Translations under genes and position numbers: made by a program
Assembly: GCA_964567595.1 (NCBI GenBank)
Contig: CAZMNF010000006.1
Location: 2,125 to 66,124, forward strand
Source of the DNA: an uncultured Thermotogae bacterium
Lineage (GTDB): Bacteria; Bipolaricaulota; Bipolaricaulia; RBG-16-55-9
DNA length: 64,000 nucleotides
Direction: 5' to 3'
Shown: piece after piece, positions 8,253 through 17,711 of the stretch
How the letters are laid out: each line of letters begins with the position of its first letter
How positions within the stretch are numbered: the first letter of the stretch is position 1
The notes under the pieces: generated by a model
Database searches by the model: none
What the model saw: only the letters and a program-made list of their open reading frames with translations
Told to the model about the DNA's origin: nothing

Positions 8253-10607
8253 CTAGGAAAATTCACGATCCACCGGATGCGCGGTCTCTGTGGTCGATTC
8301 CGGCCAGACAGGGCTCGGCCGTTTCAGGAAGGACGGCCGGCGAATGAGCAGGAACGCCGGAATGACGGAGAAGCTGCTCAGGCTGCTCACGATCATGGTC
8401 AATACGAGCAACAGGCCGAACGTCACCAGCCCGTGGAACCGGCTGGCAAGCAGCACGGCGAACCCGAACATCAGGGCCAGGGCGTTGTACGCGATTCCGC
8501 GTCCTACCGACCGCATCGACCCATTGAAGGCGTCGGCCACGTCGCGACTCGCTCGCGTCTCCAACCGGAAGCGGTGGAGAAAGTGGATGGCGTAGTCGAT
8601 GCCGATGCCGATGGCGATGGCCCCCAGCATGATCGTCGCCATGTCGAGCGGGATCGACGCATAGGCCATGACGCCGAACACCACGATAATGGTCAACACC
8701 AAGGGGACGAGGCAGAGCAGGCCGGCCATGACCGAGCCCATGAGAATGGCGACGATGATGCCTGCGGTGACGAAGCTGGCCGAGAGGCTGGCAATCTGGC
8801 TCTGGATGATGCGTGACAGCAGTGCGCTGTAGGCCTGCGTCGGCCCCACGAGTTGCACCTCCGGGTCGTCGGGCCCGCCGAAGTGGGTCTCCAGATAGTC
8901 GCGGACGTCGGCCACGAGCGCGGCCATTTGATTGCTGCCGACGTTGAGCCGCCGCGCGATGACCTCGCCCTGGCTGAAGTCGCCGCGGAAGAGCTTGCCC
9001 GGCTCGCCGCCGTAGAGGATGAACAGCTGTGAGGCCAAGCGCGGATCCTCTGGGATGCGATAGTAATCGGGATCCGAGGCATGCAAGGTCTCGTTCAGCT
9101 GGCGCGCGATGTTGGCCACGGACGTGACCTGCCCGATCTCCGATCGCGACTTGAGGTAATCCTGCAACTGCGCGATTTTCCTGAGCACTTGCGGATCCTT
9201 CAGGCCGTCGCGCCGGCCCGTGTTGACCTCCACGGCCAGTTGGTAGCTGCCGCCGAAGCGCTCGTCCATGGCGTACATCGACTGGACCACGGGATGACCC
9301 TGGCCGAGGAATTCGTCGGCGCGCGTCTCCACGTTGAGTCGAGGAATGCCGACCGCGCACGCGATCAACACCGCGGCGGCAATCCCCAGCGTCAGCAACG
9401 GCTTGAGCCGCACGGCTCGGGCCCAACTGCCCAGCGCATGGGAGACGGGGCTATGTTCGTAGTCCGTCGGGCCGAGCGTCGGCATGGGCAGCCGAGAGAG
9501 GAACGCCGGGATGAGCGTCAGCGAGAGGACCATCGCGTAGACGATGCCCAGCGCGGTAAAGACCCCGAAGTGCCGCTGCGGCCACAGGAACGACGCCAGC
9601 AGCGCCACGAAGCCCATGGCCGTCGTGAGCGAGGTGAGGACGATGGGCACGGCCATCTCGCTCATCGTGTCGAAGACGGCGGCTCGCCGGGAGGGGCCCG
9701 TGTCGTCTGCGTAGGGAGCCGCCGACTCGTAGTATTTGTTCAGGATGTGGATCCCATCGGCGGCCCCGATCGCGATCAGCATCACGGGCATGACGATCGC
9801 GAAGGGCGTCATCGGCGCCCCGGCGATCGACATGGATCCGACTGCCCAGAGGGTGCTCAGCCCGACGACGAGCATGGGCAACAGCACCCCCGCCACGCTG
9901 TGGAAGCTGAACCAGAGCGCCAAGGCCAACACGAGCAGCACGACAGGCACCAACACGCGGAGGTCGCGCATCATCGTCTGTGCGACGGCCGTTCGCAACA
10001 CCGGCTCGCCCACGAGGTGGAACGTCTCCGGTCCCTCGTACTGCCGCACGAGCGACTGGATCTCGTCCACGACCGTCGGCGCGTCCGCCCAATCCTCCAG
10101 CGCAACCGAGATCGCGCCAGCCTTCTCGTCCTCGGAGATCAGCCAGCCCCGAATCGTGCGATCCCCCAGGACGCGAGTGCGGTACCGCTCGATCGCCTCG
10201 CTCGACTGGGGCACTTGCTCCATGGCCGGCTCGACCACGACGGAGTCCTCGGTGCCGTAGATGACATCCGTCGTGGCGGGCCCATCGACGTCCTCGACTC
10301 CCCTGATTTCGGTGAGTTGGGTCTCCAGCTCCTTGAACTTGCGCAGCGTGGACGTTTTGAAGATCGTCGTCTCCGCCTCGATGGAGATCAGGAACAGATC
10401 CTGCGACCCGTAGGTCTCCTCCGCCTGTTCGAGGCGCTGGACAGCGGGGTCATCGCTGGGCAGGAACTTGCGAAAGTCGGTCTGGACCGACAGCCCTTGG
10501 GTGAGCAGGACGCCCAGGAAGAGCGCGGTTATCGCCCCAACCAGGGCGACGGTCCATCGGGGGTGAACCTCGACCCACCCGATGAAGCCCTGAATGAGGC
10601 GTTGCAT
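8253..10607 (-). CDS. MMPL/RND-family transporter
   Basis: Two repeats of TM1, a large loop and five TMs; GIGIDYAIHFLHRF and IGAADGIHILNKY. Start taken as ATG 10607. Confidence 0.9.
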   Translation of the reverse strand: MQRLIQGFIGWVEVHPRWTVALVGAITALFLGVLLTQGLSVQTDFRKFLPSDDPAVQRLEQAEETYGSQDLFLISIEAETTIFKTSTLRKFKELETQLTEIRGVEDVDGPATTDVIYGTEDSVVVEPAMEQVPQSSEAIERYRTRVLGDRTIRGWLISEDEKAGAISVALEDWADAPTVVDEIQSLVRQYEGPETFHLVGEPVLRTAVAQTMMRDLRVLVPVVLLVLALALWFSFHSVAGVLLPMLVVGLSTLWAVGSMSIAGAPMTPFAIVMPVMLIAIGAADGIHILNKYYESAAPYADDTGPSRRAAVFDTMSEMAVPIVLTSLTTAMGFVALLASFLWPQRHFGVFTALGIVYAMVLSLTLIPAFLSRLPMPTLGPTDYEHSPVSHALGSWARAVRLKPLLTLGIAAAVLIACAVGIPRLNVETRADEFLGQGHPVVQSMYAMDERFGGSYQLAVEVNTGRRDGLKDPQVLRKIAQLQDYLKSRSEIGQVTSVANIARQLNETLHASDPDYYRIPEDPRLASQLFILYGGEPGKLFRGDFSQGEVIARRLNVGSNQMAALVADVRDYLETHFGGPDDPEVQLVGPTQAYSALLSRIIQSQIASLSASFVTAGIIVAILMGSVMAGLLCLVPLVLTIIVVFGVMAYASIPLDMATIMLGAIAIGIGIDYAIHFLHRFRLETRASRDVADAFNGSMRSVGRGIAYNALALMFGFAVLLASRFHGLVTFGLLLVLTMIVSSLSSFSVIPAFLLIRRPSFLKRPSPVWPESTTETAHPVDREFS

Positions 10608-10608
10608 G

Positions 10609-11127
10609 TCAGTTGCAGTCGAGCCAGCCGTGGTTGGCGAAGATCGTGGCAAACAGCGCGGGAACCGCGTCGTCGTGGACGCCGAGGGCCGTCAACATGC
10701 CCTGGCTCCGCTTGTCGACGAGCTCCTGGATCGTCGCCACCCCGTGCTCCAGCTCGTCCGGGCCGTCGGGGAGATAGGGACAGGACGCGACCCAGACCTG
10801 CATCAGCTCGCGCTGCTCCAGCGCCCGCGGGACGATGAGGATGATGTCGTAGACGGTGTCGGTCGCGTTGGGACCGAGCGGATCGTCGAAGCTGGAGTCG
10901 ACATCCACGAACTTGGCCTCGACGTTGAACATGCCGGTCTGCTTGAGAGCACCGGCGGCTGTGTTGACGAGCAACGACGCCTCGAACGTCTTGGTCTCGT
11001 CCACGATGAGCAACTCCAGCGGGGCGTCGTCGGCTTGGCTACCGAGTGATGGGCCGGCCGACGTGAGCAACACGGCCGCGAACAGCAAGACGATGACCGC
11101 ACGATATGGCCGATTGGAGCGCACCAT
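10609..11127 (-). CDS. Hypothetical exported protein immediately upstream of the MMPL gene
   Basis: Signal-peptide-like N-terminus (VIVLLFAAVLLTSAGPSLG); stop lies 1 nt before the MMPL ATG. Confidence 0.7.
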   Translation of the reverse strand: MVRSNRPYRAVIVLLFAAVLLTSAGPSLGSQADDAPLELLIVDETKTFEASLLVNTAAGALKQTGMFNVEAKFVDVDSSFDDPLGPNATDTVYDIILIVPRALEQRELMQVWVASCPYLPDGPDELEHGVATIQELVDKRSQGMLTALGVHDDAVPALFATIFANHGWLDCN

Positions 11128-11136
11128 AGCGCGGCC

Positions 11137-11166
11137 AGTATATATCTCGCGCCCGAGCGCGGGCAA
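11137..11166 (-). promoter_or_regulatory. Sigma70-type promoter, near-leaderless start of the hypothetical-MMPL operon
   Basis: Minus strand TTGCCC (11166-11161), N18, TATACT (11142-11137); ATG at 11127. Confidence 0.6.
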
Positions 11167-11200
11167 CGGAACGGATCAGGTCACGATCCCTGGAGGGGCT

Positions 11201-12163
11201 CTAAAAGTACCCGTTATCGCGCATCCACTCGTCGTTGTAGATGCGCTTGATGTAGTTGCGCCCCGTGTCGGGCAGCAGCGTCGCGATCGTGCCGCTGCCC
11301 AATTGCTCCGCGTAGCGCACGGCCCCGAGCACGGCCGCGCCGCACGATCCGCCGATCAAGAGCCCCTCGCTCTCGACAAGCCGGCGCGTCATGCGGAACG
11401 ATTCGCCGTCGCCAACGCGGATCATTCCGTCGATCACGCTCATGTTGAGCGTCTCGGGCACGAGGTCCTCGCCGATGCCCTCCACGGCGTAGGCATAGAC
11501 GTCGTGGGGCTCGTCGTAGAACGCCGTGTAGATCATCGAGCCTTCGGGATCGACACCAACGACCTGGACGTTCTCGTTCTGCTCCTTTAGATAGCGCCCG
11601 ACGCCGCTGATGGTGCCACCGGTGCCGACGCCGCAGACGAAGGCATCCAACTCGCCGTTCGTCTGCTCCCAGATCTCGGGCCCCGTGGTCTCGTAATGGG
11701 CCTGCGGGTTGGCCGGGTGTTCGTACTGATTCGGCACGTAGCCGCCGCGCTCTCGAGCGATCCGCTCGGCGACGGAATAGTAGCTCTCCGGGTCCTCGGG
11801 CTCGACGTCGCTGCGACAGACGACAACTTCCACACCATAAGCACGCAAGAGGTCAATCTTCTCCTGACTCATCTTGTCCGGGATCGTCACGACCAAAGGA
11901 TAGCCCTTCAGCCGGCCCGCAATCGCGATGCCGACGCCCGTGTTCCCCGAGGTCGGTTCGACGATCGTCATGCCGGGCTCCAGCTTGCCCTCGCGCTCGG
12001 CGCGCTCGACCATCGCCAAGCCGATGCGGTCCTTGACCGACCCGCCCGGGTTGAACATCTCGACCTTCATCAGGATGCGAACGTCCGTCGGGTTCAGCTT
12101 GTCGGAAAGCTCAACCATGGGCGTCTGCCCGAACAGCTCCAGGACGTTGCTAACAACATGCAT
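11201..12163 (-). CDS. PLP-dependent cystathionine beta-synthase-like enzyme (CysK/CBS family, catalytic domain only)
   Basis: NPGGSVKDR (PLP Lys), EPTSGNTG, PDKMSQEK, PEDPESYYSVA, NQYEHPANPQAHYETTGPEIW, GTGGT, VEGIGED. Confidence 0.88.
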   Translation of the reverse strand: MHVVSNVLELFGQTPMVELSDKLNPTDVRILMKVEMFNPGGSVKDRIGLAMVERAEREGKLEPGMTIVEPTSGNTGVGIAIAGRLKGYPLVVTIPDKMSQEKIDLLRAYGVEVVVCRSDVEPEDPESYYSVAERIARERGGYVPNQYEHPANPQAHYETTGPEIWEQTNGELDAFVCGVGTGGTISGVGRYLKEQNENVQVVGVDPEGSMIYTAFYDEPHDVYAYAVEGIGEDLVPETLNMSVIDGMIRVGDGESFRMTRRLVESEGLLIGGSCGAAVLGAVRYAEQLGSGTIATLLPDTGRNYIKRIYNDEWMRDNGYF

Positions 12164-12170
12164 GGGCGCA

Positions 12171-13298
12171 TCACCCGGCCTTCAGGGCACGATCGAGGTC
12201 GTCCGTCAAGTCATCCGCGTGCTCAATGCCGATCGACAGGCGGAATAGCCCCTCGCTGATGCCGCGTGACTCGCGTTGCTCGCGGGGGATCGAGGCGTGG
12301 GTCATCGTCGCCGGATGGTTGATGAGCGACTCGATGCCGCCGAGGCTCTCCGCCAGCGCGAACACGTCCAGACTTTGCAGGAACGCCGAGGGATCGCCGT
12401 CCAGCTCGAAGCTGAGCATGCCGCCGAAATCATCCATTTGTCGGGACGCAACCTCATGGCCCGGATGCGAGGGCAAGCCGGGATAGAGCAGGCGCGTGAC
12501 TCGAGGGTGACCCTGGAGAAAATCGGCGACTTGACGAGCGTTGTCACAGTGGCTCCGCATGCGCGCCGCGAGCGTCTTGACGCCGCGATGCGCCAGGAAA
12601 CAGTCAAAGGGCGACGGCACGGCGCCGATCGACAGTTGGATGAACGCCAATCGGTCTCGGAGCTCGGGATCGTCCGTCGTGACGACGCCCCCGATCAGAT
12701 CGCTGTGTCCGCCGAGGTACTTCGTCGCGCTGTGCACCACCAGGTCGGCGCCGAGCTCATGAGGCCGCTGCAGATACGGCGACGAGAACGTGTTGTCGAC
12801 GGCCAGCCAAGCCTCGCCCTTGCGCTCGGCGACGGCTCGGATGTCCGTGACGGCCATGAGCGGGTTCGTCGGCGTCTCGATCCAGATCAGCTCGGTGTCG
12901 GCGCCAGGCTGGACATTGGCCGGCTCGGTCGTGTCGACGTAGGCAAACGGAATGCCATAGCGCCGGAAGTGTTCCTCGAACAGCCGGTACGTTCCGCCGT
13001 AGAGGTCATTGCCGCTGATGACGCCGTCGCCCGGGTTGAGGAGCGTGAGGACCGCCGAGGTGGCGGCGACCCCGGAGGCGAACGCCACGGCGTGCTCGGC
13101 ACCTTCCAACGACGCAACGGCCTCTTCGAAGCGCTTGCGGGTGGGATTGGCCGCGCGGCTGTAGTCGTAGCCCTGATGCACGCCGGGAGCCGACTGGCGA
13201 TACGTGGATGTCGCGTAGATGGGGGGAATAACCGCGCCCGTTTGGGCCTCCGGCTCACTGCCGGCGTGAATGGCCCGCGTTTCGAAACGGGCGGACAT
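12171..13298 (-). CDS. Cystathionine gamma-lyase / gamma-synthase family PLP enzyme
   Basis: YSRAANPT, DLYGGT, IETPTNP, VDNTF, HSATKYLGGHSD, LAESLGG, RLSIGIE. Confidence 0.92.
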   Translation of the reverse strand: MSARFETRAIHAGSEPEAQTGAVIPPIYATSTYRQSAPGVHQGYDYSRAANPTRKRFEEAVASLEGAEHAVAFASGVAATSAVLTLLNPGDGVISGNDLYGGTYRLFEEHFRRYGIPFAYVDTTEPANVQPGADTELIWIETPTNPLMAVTDIRAVAERKGEAWLAVDNTFSSPYLQRPHELGADLVVHSATKYLGGHSDLIGGVVTTDDPELRDRLAFIQLSIGAVPSPFDCFLAHRGVKTLAARMRSHCDNARQVADFLQGHPRVTRLLYPGLPSHPGHEVASRQMDDFGGMLSFELDGDPSAFLQSLDVFALAESLGGIESLINHPATMTHASIPREQRESRGISEGLFRLSIGIEHADDLTDDLDRALKAG

Positions 13299-13519
13299 CA
13301 GGCGTTGTTGTCGTCATCAAGCAGCCGGCCGTACTTGCGCTGGAACAGCTCAACGCGCCCGGCGGTGTCGACGAACTTCTCCTCGCCCGTGAAGAACGGG
13401 TGACATTGGGAGCAGATGTCCACGTGGAGGTTCTCGCGCGTGGACGTCGTCTCAAACTCCGCCCCGCAGCTGCACTTGATGACCACCTGTTGGAGCTCGG
13501 GATGGATTTCGGCTTTCAT
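13298..13519 (-). CDS. rpmE: 50S ribosomal protein bL31 (Zn-binding type A)
   Basis: MKAEIHP, CSCG, DICSQCHPFFTG, DTAGRVE. Confidence 0.97.
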   Translation of the reverse strand: MKAEIHPELQQVVIKCSCGAEFETTSTRENLHVDICSQCHPFFTGEEKFVDTAGRVELFQRKYGRLLDDDNNA

Positions 13520-13615
13520 GCTGATCCCTTCTTATCCTTCGAGGGTCGTGCCATCGTTGGTTCCGGGCTCAGCGCGCGTCCGGCCAACCTTTGCTTCAGA
13601 ACCGTCGTCGGGAAA

Positions 13616-14074
13616 TTAACGCTTGGAGAACTGCTCCGAGCGGCGTGCTTTCTTGAGGCCGACCTTCTTGCGCTCGACCATGCGCTCATCGCGGCTCAGC
13701 ATGCCCGCGTCCTTGAGCGGCTTGCGGTAATTCGGGTCAACGCCGAGCAGGGCCCGGGCAATCCCGAGCTGCAGCGCTTCCATCTGCCCGGTCATGCCGC
13801 CGCCGTCAACGTTCGCCTTGACGTCGTAGGCGTTGAGCGTGTTGGTGATGGCGAACGGCTGCAGCGCCGTGGCTTCCAGTCGGCTCTCCACGTAAGGCGA
13901 GCCGCGGAAGTATTCAGCGGCGGGCTTGCCGTTGACCGTCACCTCGCCGTTGCCGCGCTTCAGATAGACACGAGCGACGGATTCCTTACGTCGCCCAATC
14001 GCGTGGATTGCGTCGTTGATCTGCTTGGGCAGTCGCTGGCCGCGCTCCTGGGCAATCTCTGTGGCTTCAGACAT
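13616..14074 (-). CDS. rpsI: 30S ribosomal protein uS9
   Basis: [42 protein letters not shown]. Start taken as ATG 14074. Confidence 0.96.
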   Translation of the reverse strand: MSEATEIAQERGQRLPKQINDAIHAIGRRKESVARVYLKRGNGEVTVNGKPAAEYFRGSPYVESRLEATALQPFAITNTLNAYDVKANVDGGGMTGQMEALQLGIARALLGVDPNYRKPLKDAGMLSRDERMVERKKVGLKKARRSEQFSKR

Positions 14075-14169
14075 TTCGGCCTCCGCTCGAATTCGAGTGC
14101 TCACGCGCCGTCTGGAACGTTTCAAACCGACACGGACGACGCTGGCTTGGATAGGCCACTGTAGCGGAC

Positions 14170-15420
14170 TCATCCCGCATTTTCAAGATAGGCCCGCTGT
14201 TCCTCGCTCAACGTGTCGATCCGCGCGCCGACCGCCTCCAGCTCCATCGCCGCGACGACCCGATCGATCTCGGTCGGCACGGGATAGACGGAGGCCGCGT
14301 AGTCGGCGTGGTGTTCGGCTAAGTGCTCCAGCGTCAAGGCCTGCAGCGCAAAGGACATGTCCATGATCTCCACGGGGTGGCCGTCCCCCGATACGAGGTT
14401 GACGAGACGCCCGTCGCCCAGGAGATAAAGCTCGTTGCCGTTGGGCATCTTGTAGGCGTCGACGTTCGGACGGATCTCGCCTTGATCCTCGGCCAACGCC
14501 GTCAGTTCGTCCTTGTTGATCTCGACGTCGAAGTGGCCCGCGTTGGCCAACAGCGTCCCGTCGCGCATCCGTTCCATATGGGCTCGCGTGATAACGTCCT
14601 TGCACCCGGTCGTCGTGACGAAGACGTCGCCCAAGGGCGCCGCCTCGGCCATGGTCATGACGCGATAGCCGTCCATGTGCGCCTCGATCGCGCGCACGGG
14701 GTCAACCTCGGTGACGATCACGTTCGCGCCGAGCCCGTGGGCCCGCACGGCCACGCCGCGACCGCACCACCCGTAGCCCGCAACGACAACACTCCGCCCG
14801 GCGATCGTCAGGTTGGTCGAGCGCATGATCCCATCCCAGACGGATTGGCCGGTGCCGTAGCGATTGTCGAAGAGGTGCTTCATGCGCGCGTCGTTGACAG
14901 CAACCATGGGAAACCTCAAATGGCCTTGGCGGGCCAGGGCTTCCAATCGCCGGACGCCGGTGGTCGTTTCCTCACTGCCACCCAGCACGTCCGCCGCCAA
15001 ATCCGTCCGGTCCCCATGCAGGAGCCGGACGAGGTCGCCGCCGTCGTCGATGATCAGGTGCGGCCGGTGGCTGAGCGTCTGGCCCAGCAGCTGATCGTAC
15101 TCGCGGGCGTCAACGCCACGCTTGGCGAAGACCGGGATGTCGCCGTCGGCCGCTACAGCCGCCGCGACGTCGTCCTGAGTGGAGAGCGGGTTGCAGCCCG
15201 TCACGTGCAGCTCGGCGCCGCCGGCACGCAGCGTTCGGGCCAATTGGGCCGTCTTGGCCTCCAAGTGGATGCTCAACGCCACCCGGTAGCCCTCGAACGG
15301 GCGCTCGCGTTGGAAGCGATCGTAAATCCGTTGGAGCAGTTTCATGTGGCGTTGGGCCCAACGGATCTTTGCTTCGCCCTGGGATGCGAGCGCCGGGTCA
15401 CGGATCTCAGATGCGGCCAT
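14170..15420 (-). CDS. ahcY: S-adenosylhomocysteine hydrolase
   Basis: [72 protein letters not shown]. Start ATG 15420 after SD GAGGAG. Confidence 0.97.
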   Translation of the reverse strand: MAASEIRDPALASQGEAKIRWAQRHMKLLQRIYDRFQRERPFEGYRVALSIHLEAKTAQLARTLRAGGAELHVTGCNPLSTQDDVAAAVAADGDIPVFAKRGVDAREYDQLLGQTLSHRPHLIIDDGGDLVRLLHGDRTDLAADVLGGSEETTTGVRRLEALARQGHLRFPMVAVNDARMKHLFDNRYGTGQSVWDGIMRSTNLTIAGRSVVVAGYGWCGRGVAVRAHGLGANVIVTEVDPVRAIEAHMDGYRVMTMAEAAPLGDVFVTTTGCKDVITRAHMERMRDGTLLANAGHFDVEINKDELTALAEDQGEIRPNVDAYKMPNGNELYLLGDGRLVNLVSGDGHPVEIMDMSFALQALTLEHLAEHHADYAASVYPVPTEIDRVVAAMELEAVGARIDTLSEEQRAYLENAG

Positions 15421-15534
15421 CGTCGTCAACTCCTCGTTGTCGATTCTCGAGATGATCGAGTCTGGCTGGTCCAGCGCGTTTCGGGGCCGAGCTTGAGCTG
15501 ACGCCCCCGACCCTTGACCAGAGGGGCCATTGTA
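15421..15534 (-). promoter_or_regulatory. ahcY -10 element and structured 5' leader (candidate riboswitch)
   Basis: TACAAT at 15534-15529; leader can form stems CUGGUC/GACCAG and GGGUCGGG/CUCGGCCC, a GGCG/CGCU pseudoknot and a CUCGA/UCGAG hairpin. Confidence 0.4.
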
Positions 15535-15544
15535 GTCAGGCTGG

Positions 15545-16459
15545 ATGGGAATCGCGATGAGTCGTCCGTCGATGTCGTCCCCCCGAGCGGTCCGCGACGC
15601 GTTGGCGCGACTGGGCATCCGGCCCCGCAAGCGCTGGGGCCAGCACTTCCTGATCGACGCCAACACCGTGGAGCGCATCGTCTCGGTCGCCGAGCCCGCC
15701 GCCGCGGATGCCGTCCTGGAGATCGGCCCCGGTCTGGGCGCGTTGACCGAGCGCTTGGCTGAGGCCACGGGCCACGTTGTCGCCGTGGAGGTGGATCCGA
15801 CGCTGGCCGCGTGGCTGAGCGAGCACTTCCGGGCAGAGGGCCACGTCCAGATCGTCCAAGCCGATGCGCTTGAGACGGCATGGCCGGAGCTCGTGCCATC
15901 GAACGCGGACATCCAAGCGCTGGGGAACCTGCCCTACAATATCACCGCGCCGCTTTTGGAGCGGCTCATCCAGCATCGCGATCGCATCCGCAGCGCCGTC
16001 TGGACGGTCCAACGCGAGGTGGCGACGAAGCTCCTGGCGGCCCCCGGGTCGCGCGAGAGCAGCTCGCTCGGGATCTGGGTTCAGGCGTACTGTCATGTGG
16101 AACGGGCGTTCAGCGTGTCGAAGAACGCGTTCTATCCGACGCCGGAGGTCGAATCCGTCGTGTTGGCGATCAAACCGCGCGCGAAGCCCACGTTCTCGGC
16201 CCCCGATTGGGCCTTCCAACAGACCATTCGGGCCGCGTTCGGCGTCCGTCGCAAGACGCTCCGGCGAGCGTTGTCCATCGGTTTGGGTATCTCGACGGCC
16301 AGATCCAGCCGGCTGCTGCAGGACGCTGGAATCGACGAGCGCCGGCGCGGCGAGACGCTGACGATGGCCGAGTTTGACCGACTGGCCCAAGCGCTGGCAT
16401 CGGCGCCCGCTGCCGCGTCTACGGACGCGGCGAGGAGAGGCACTCCTCCGTCCGCGTAA
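15545..16459 (+). CDS. rsmA: 16S rRNA m6,2A dimethyltransferase RsmA/KsgA
   Basis: KRWGQHFLID, VLEIGPGLGALT, VEVD, GNLPYNIT, QREVA, FYPTPEVES, RRKTL, RGETL. Confidence 0.96.
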   Translation: MGIAMSRPSMSSPRAVRDALARLGIRPRKRWGQHFLIDANTVERIVSVAEPAAADAVLEIGPGLGALTERLAEATGHVVAVEVDPTLAAWLSEHFRAEGHVQIVQADALETAWPELVPSNADIQALGNLPYNITAPLLERLIQHRDRIRSAVWTVQREVATKLLAAPGSRESSSLGIWVQAYCHVERAFSVSKNAFYPTPEVESVVLAIKPRAKPTFSAPDWAFQQTIRAAFGVRRKTLRRALSIGLGISTARSSRLLQDAGIDERRRGETLTMAEFDRLAQALASAPAAASTDAARRGTPPSA

Positions 16460-16886
16460 GCCGCTGATAAATCTCTTGAATGAGCGCCTTCTCACGGGTC
16501 GGGTTGAATTCGGTCCCCACCAACCGAAAGACGTCCTGCCACGTCAACGCGGCCCCCGACAGCATCTCAATGGTGAGATCTTCCAAGCCCAGCGCGCCGC
16601 TGTGAATGCGCTCGCTCAGATGGCGTTGCTTCGTCGCGTTGCGGGCATCCAAGTGATGGCTCATGAGATAGGCGAGCAGGCCGCGCACGTAGTCGCGATT
16701 CCCCTCGCGCTTGGCGACGGCGAACGCCCGCCACCAGCGGGCCTTTTCGACTTCGCCGTCGAGCATCAAGAACCCTTCCACATCCTCGGGCGGCCGGTTG
16801 ATGCACCGGATGATCTGCTCGCCGTAGGCAAGGCGAGCCAGATCCATGCGCGCGCTCAGGTCGAGTCCGTCCTCATTGTGGGCCAT
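16419..16886 (-). CDS. Hypothetical protein (155 aa)
   Basis: ATG 16886 with upstream TTGCGC-N17-TACCAT; overlaps the rsmA 3' end convergently by 41 bp; no family recognised. Confidence 0.55.
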   Translation of the reverse strand: MAHNEDGLDLSARMDLARLAYGEQIIRCINRPPEDVEGFLMLDGEVEKARWWRAFAVAKREGNRDYVRGLLAYLMSHHLDARNATKQRHLSERIHSGALGLEDLTIEMLSGAALTWQDVFRLVGTEFNPTREKALIQEIYQRLTRTEECLSSPRP

Positions 16887-16974
16887 GATGATCCCTGTCC
16901 CTGTACACGGCGGGGTCCGGTTGCGTGTCAGGTTCGATGGTAAGGCTGTCGCGCTGAGGGCGCAACGGCTGTGA

Positions 16975-17003
16975 TTGACGGCCCATGTTCCTCCGCCTAT
17001 AAT
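16975..17003 (+). promoter_or_regulatory. Sigma70 promoter for tRNA-Leu
   Basis: TTGACG (16975-16980), N17, TATAAT (16998-17003). Confidence 0.9.
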
Positions 17004-17013
17004 AGCATATCGC

Positions 17014-17098
17014 GCCGAGGTGGCGGAACTGGCAGACGCGCGGGACTCAAAATCCCGTGGCCCCCTGGGCCGTGCGGGTTCGAATCCCGCCCTCGGCA
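17014..17098 (+). tRNA. tRNA-Leu(CAA)
   Basis: Acceptor GCCGAGG/CCTCGGC, D-loop GGCAGAC, anticodon stem CGGGA-CTCAAAA-TCCCG, long variable arm, T-arm GCGGG-TTCGAAT-CCCGC. CCA not fully encoded. Confidence 0.97.
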
Positions 17099-17319
17099 CC
17101 CACCTTACCCTTCACGTTCCGGCTGCCGCGGACGTTCCGTCGGAGCGTCCGTCCCCTCGCCACGCCCTCGGACCTCGGCGAGTAGCGCGCGATGTCGACG
17201 CCCTCGATTGTCACGCACGGAGCGTTGAACCATCTTGGGGACCTGCTATCGTAGGGCTCAACGTGATGGGGCAAGATGGACCGCGCCCATCGCGAATCGT
17301 CAAGCCCAAAGGAGGTTCG

Positions 17320-17691
17320 ATGGCCCGCATCAGTGCCATTGTGGCGTCGATCGTGACGTTCCTGTCCTTGAAGAGCCTAGCTCTGCAAGAGCAGCCGCCA
17401 GACGTCACGCCGGAGACCCGCGACGCGTTCGATCAGATCCTGGAATTTCTCTACACGATCTCGCGCTGGATTGGCGAGTTGATCGTCCGCCTCGTCCAGT
17501 CCATCGTCCCCGACATCACGATCCCCCCATCGCTGGTCGACGCCATCGGGATCTTGGCGCTGTTGACGATATTTCTTGTCATCTCCGACATCGCCAAGCG
17601 GCTGGCATGGATCGTCGTTGCCGTCGGTTGGATTCTGATCGTCGTCCGCATCGTGCTGATCGTCACCCGATCGTCGGGGGCGGGTGGCTGA
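17320..17691 (+). CDS. Hypothetical small membrane protein
   Basis: SD GGAGG before ATG 17320; several hydrophobic segments. Confidence 0.75.
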   Translation: MARISAIVASIVTFLSLKSLALQEQPPDVTPETRDAFDQILEFLYTISRWIGELIVRLVQSIVPDITIPPSLVDAIGILALLTIFLVISDIAKRLAWIVVAVGWILIVVRIVLIVTRSSGAGG

Positions 17692-17711
17692 TTCGCCATC
17701 AAGCGAGGGGA

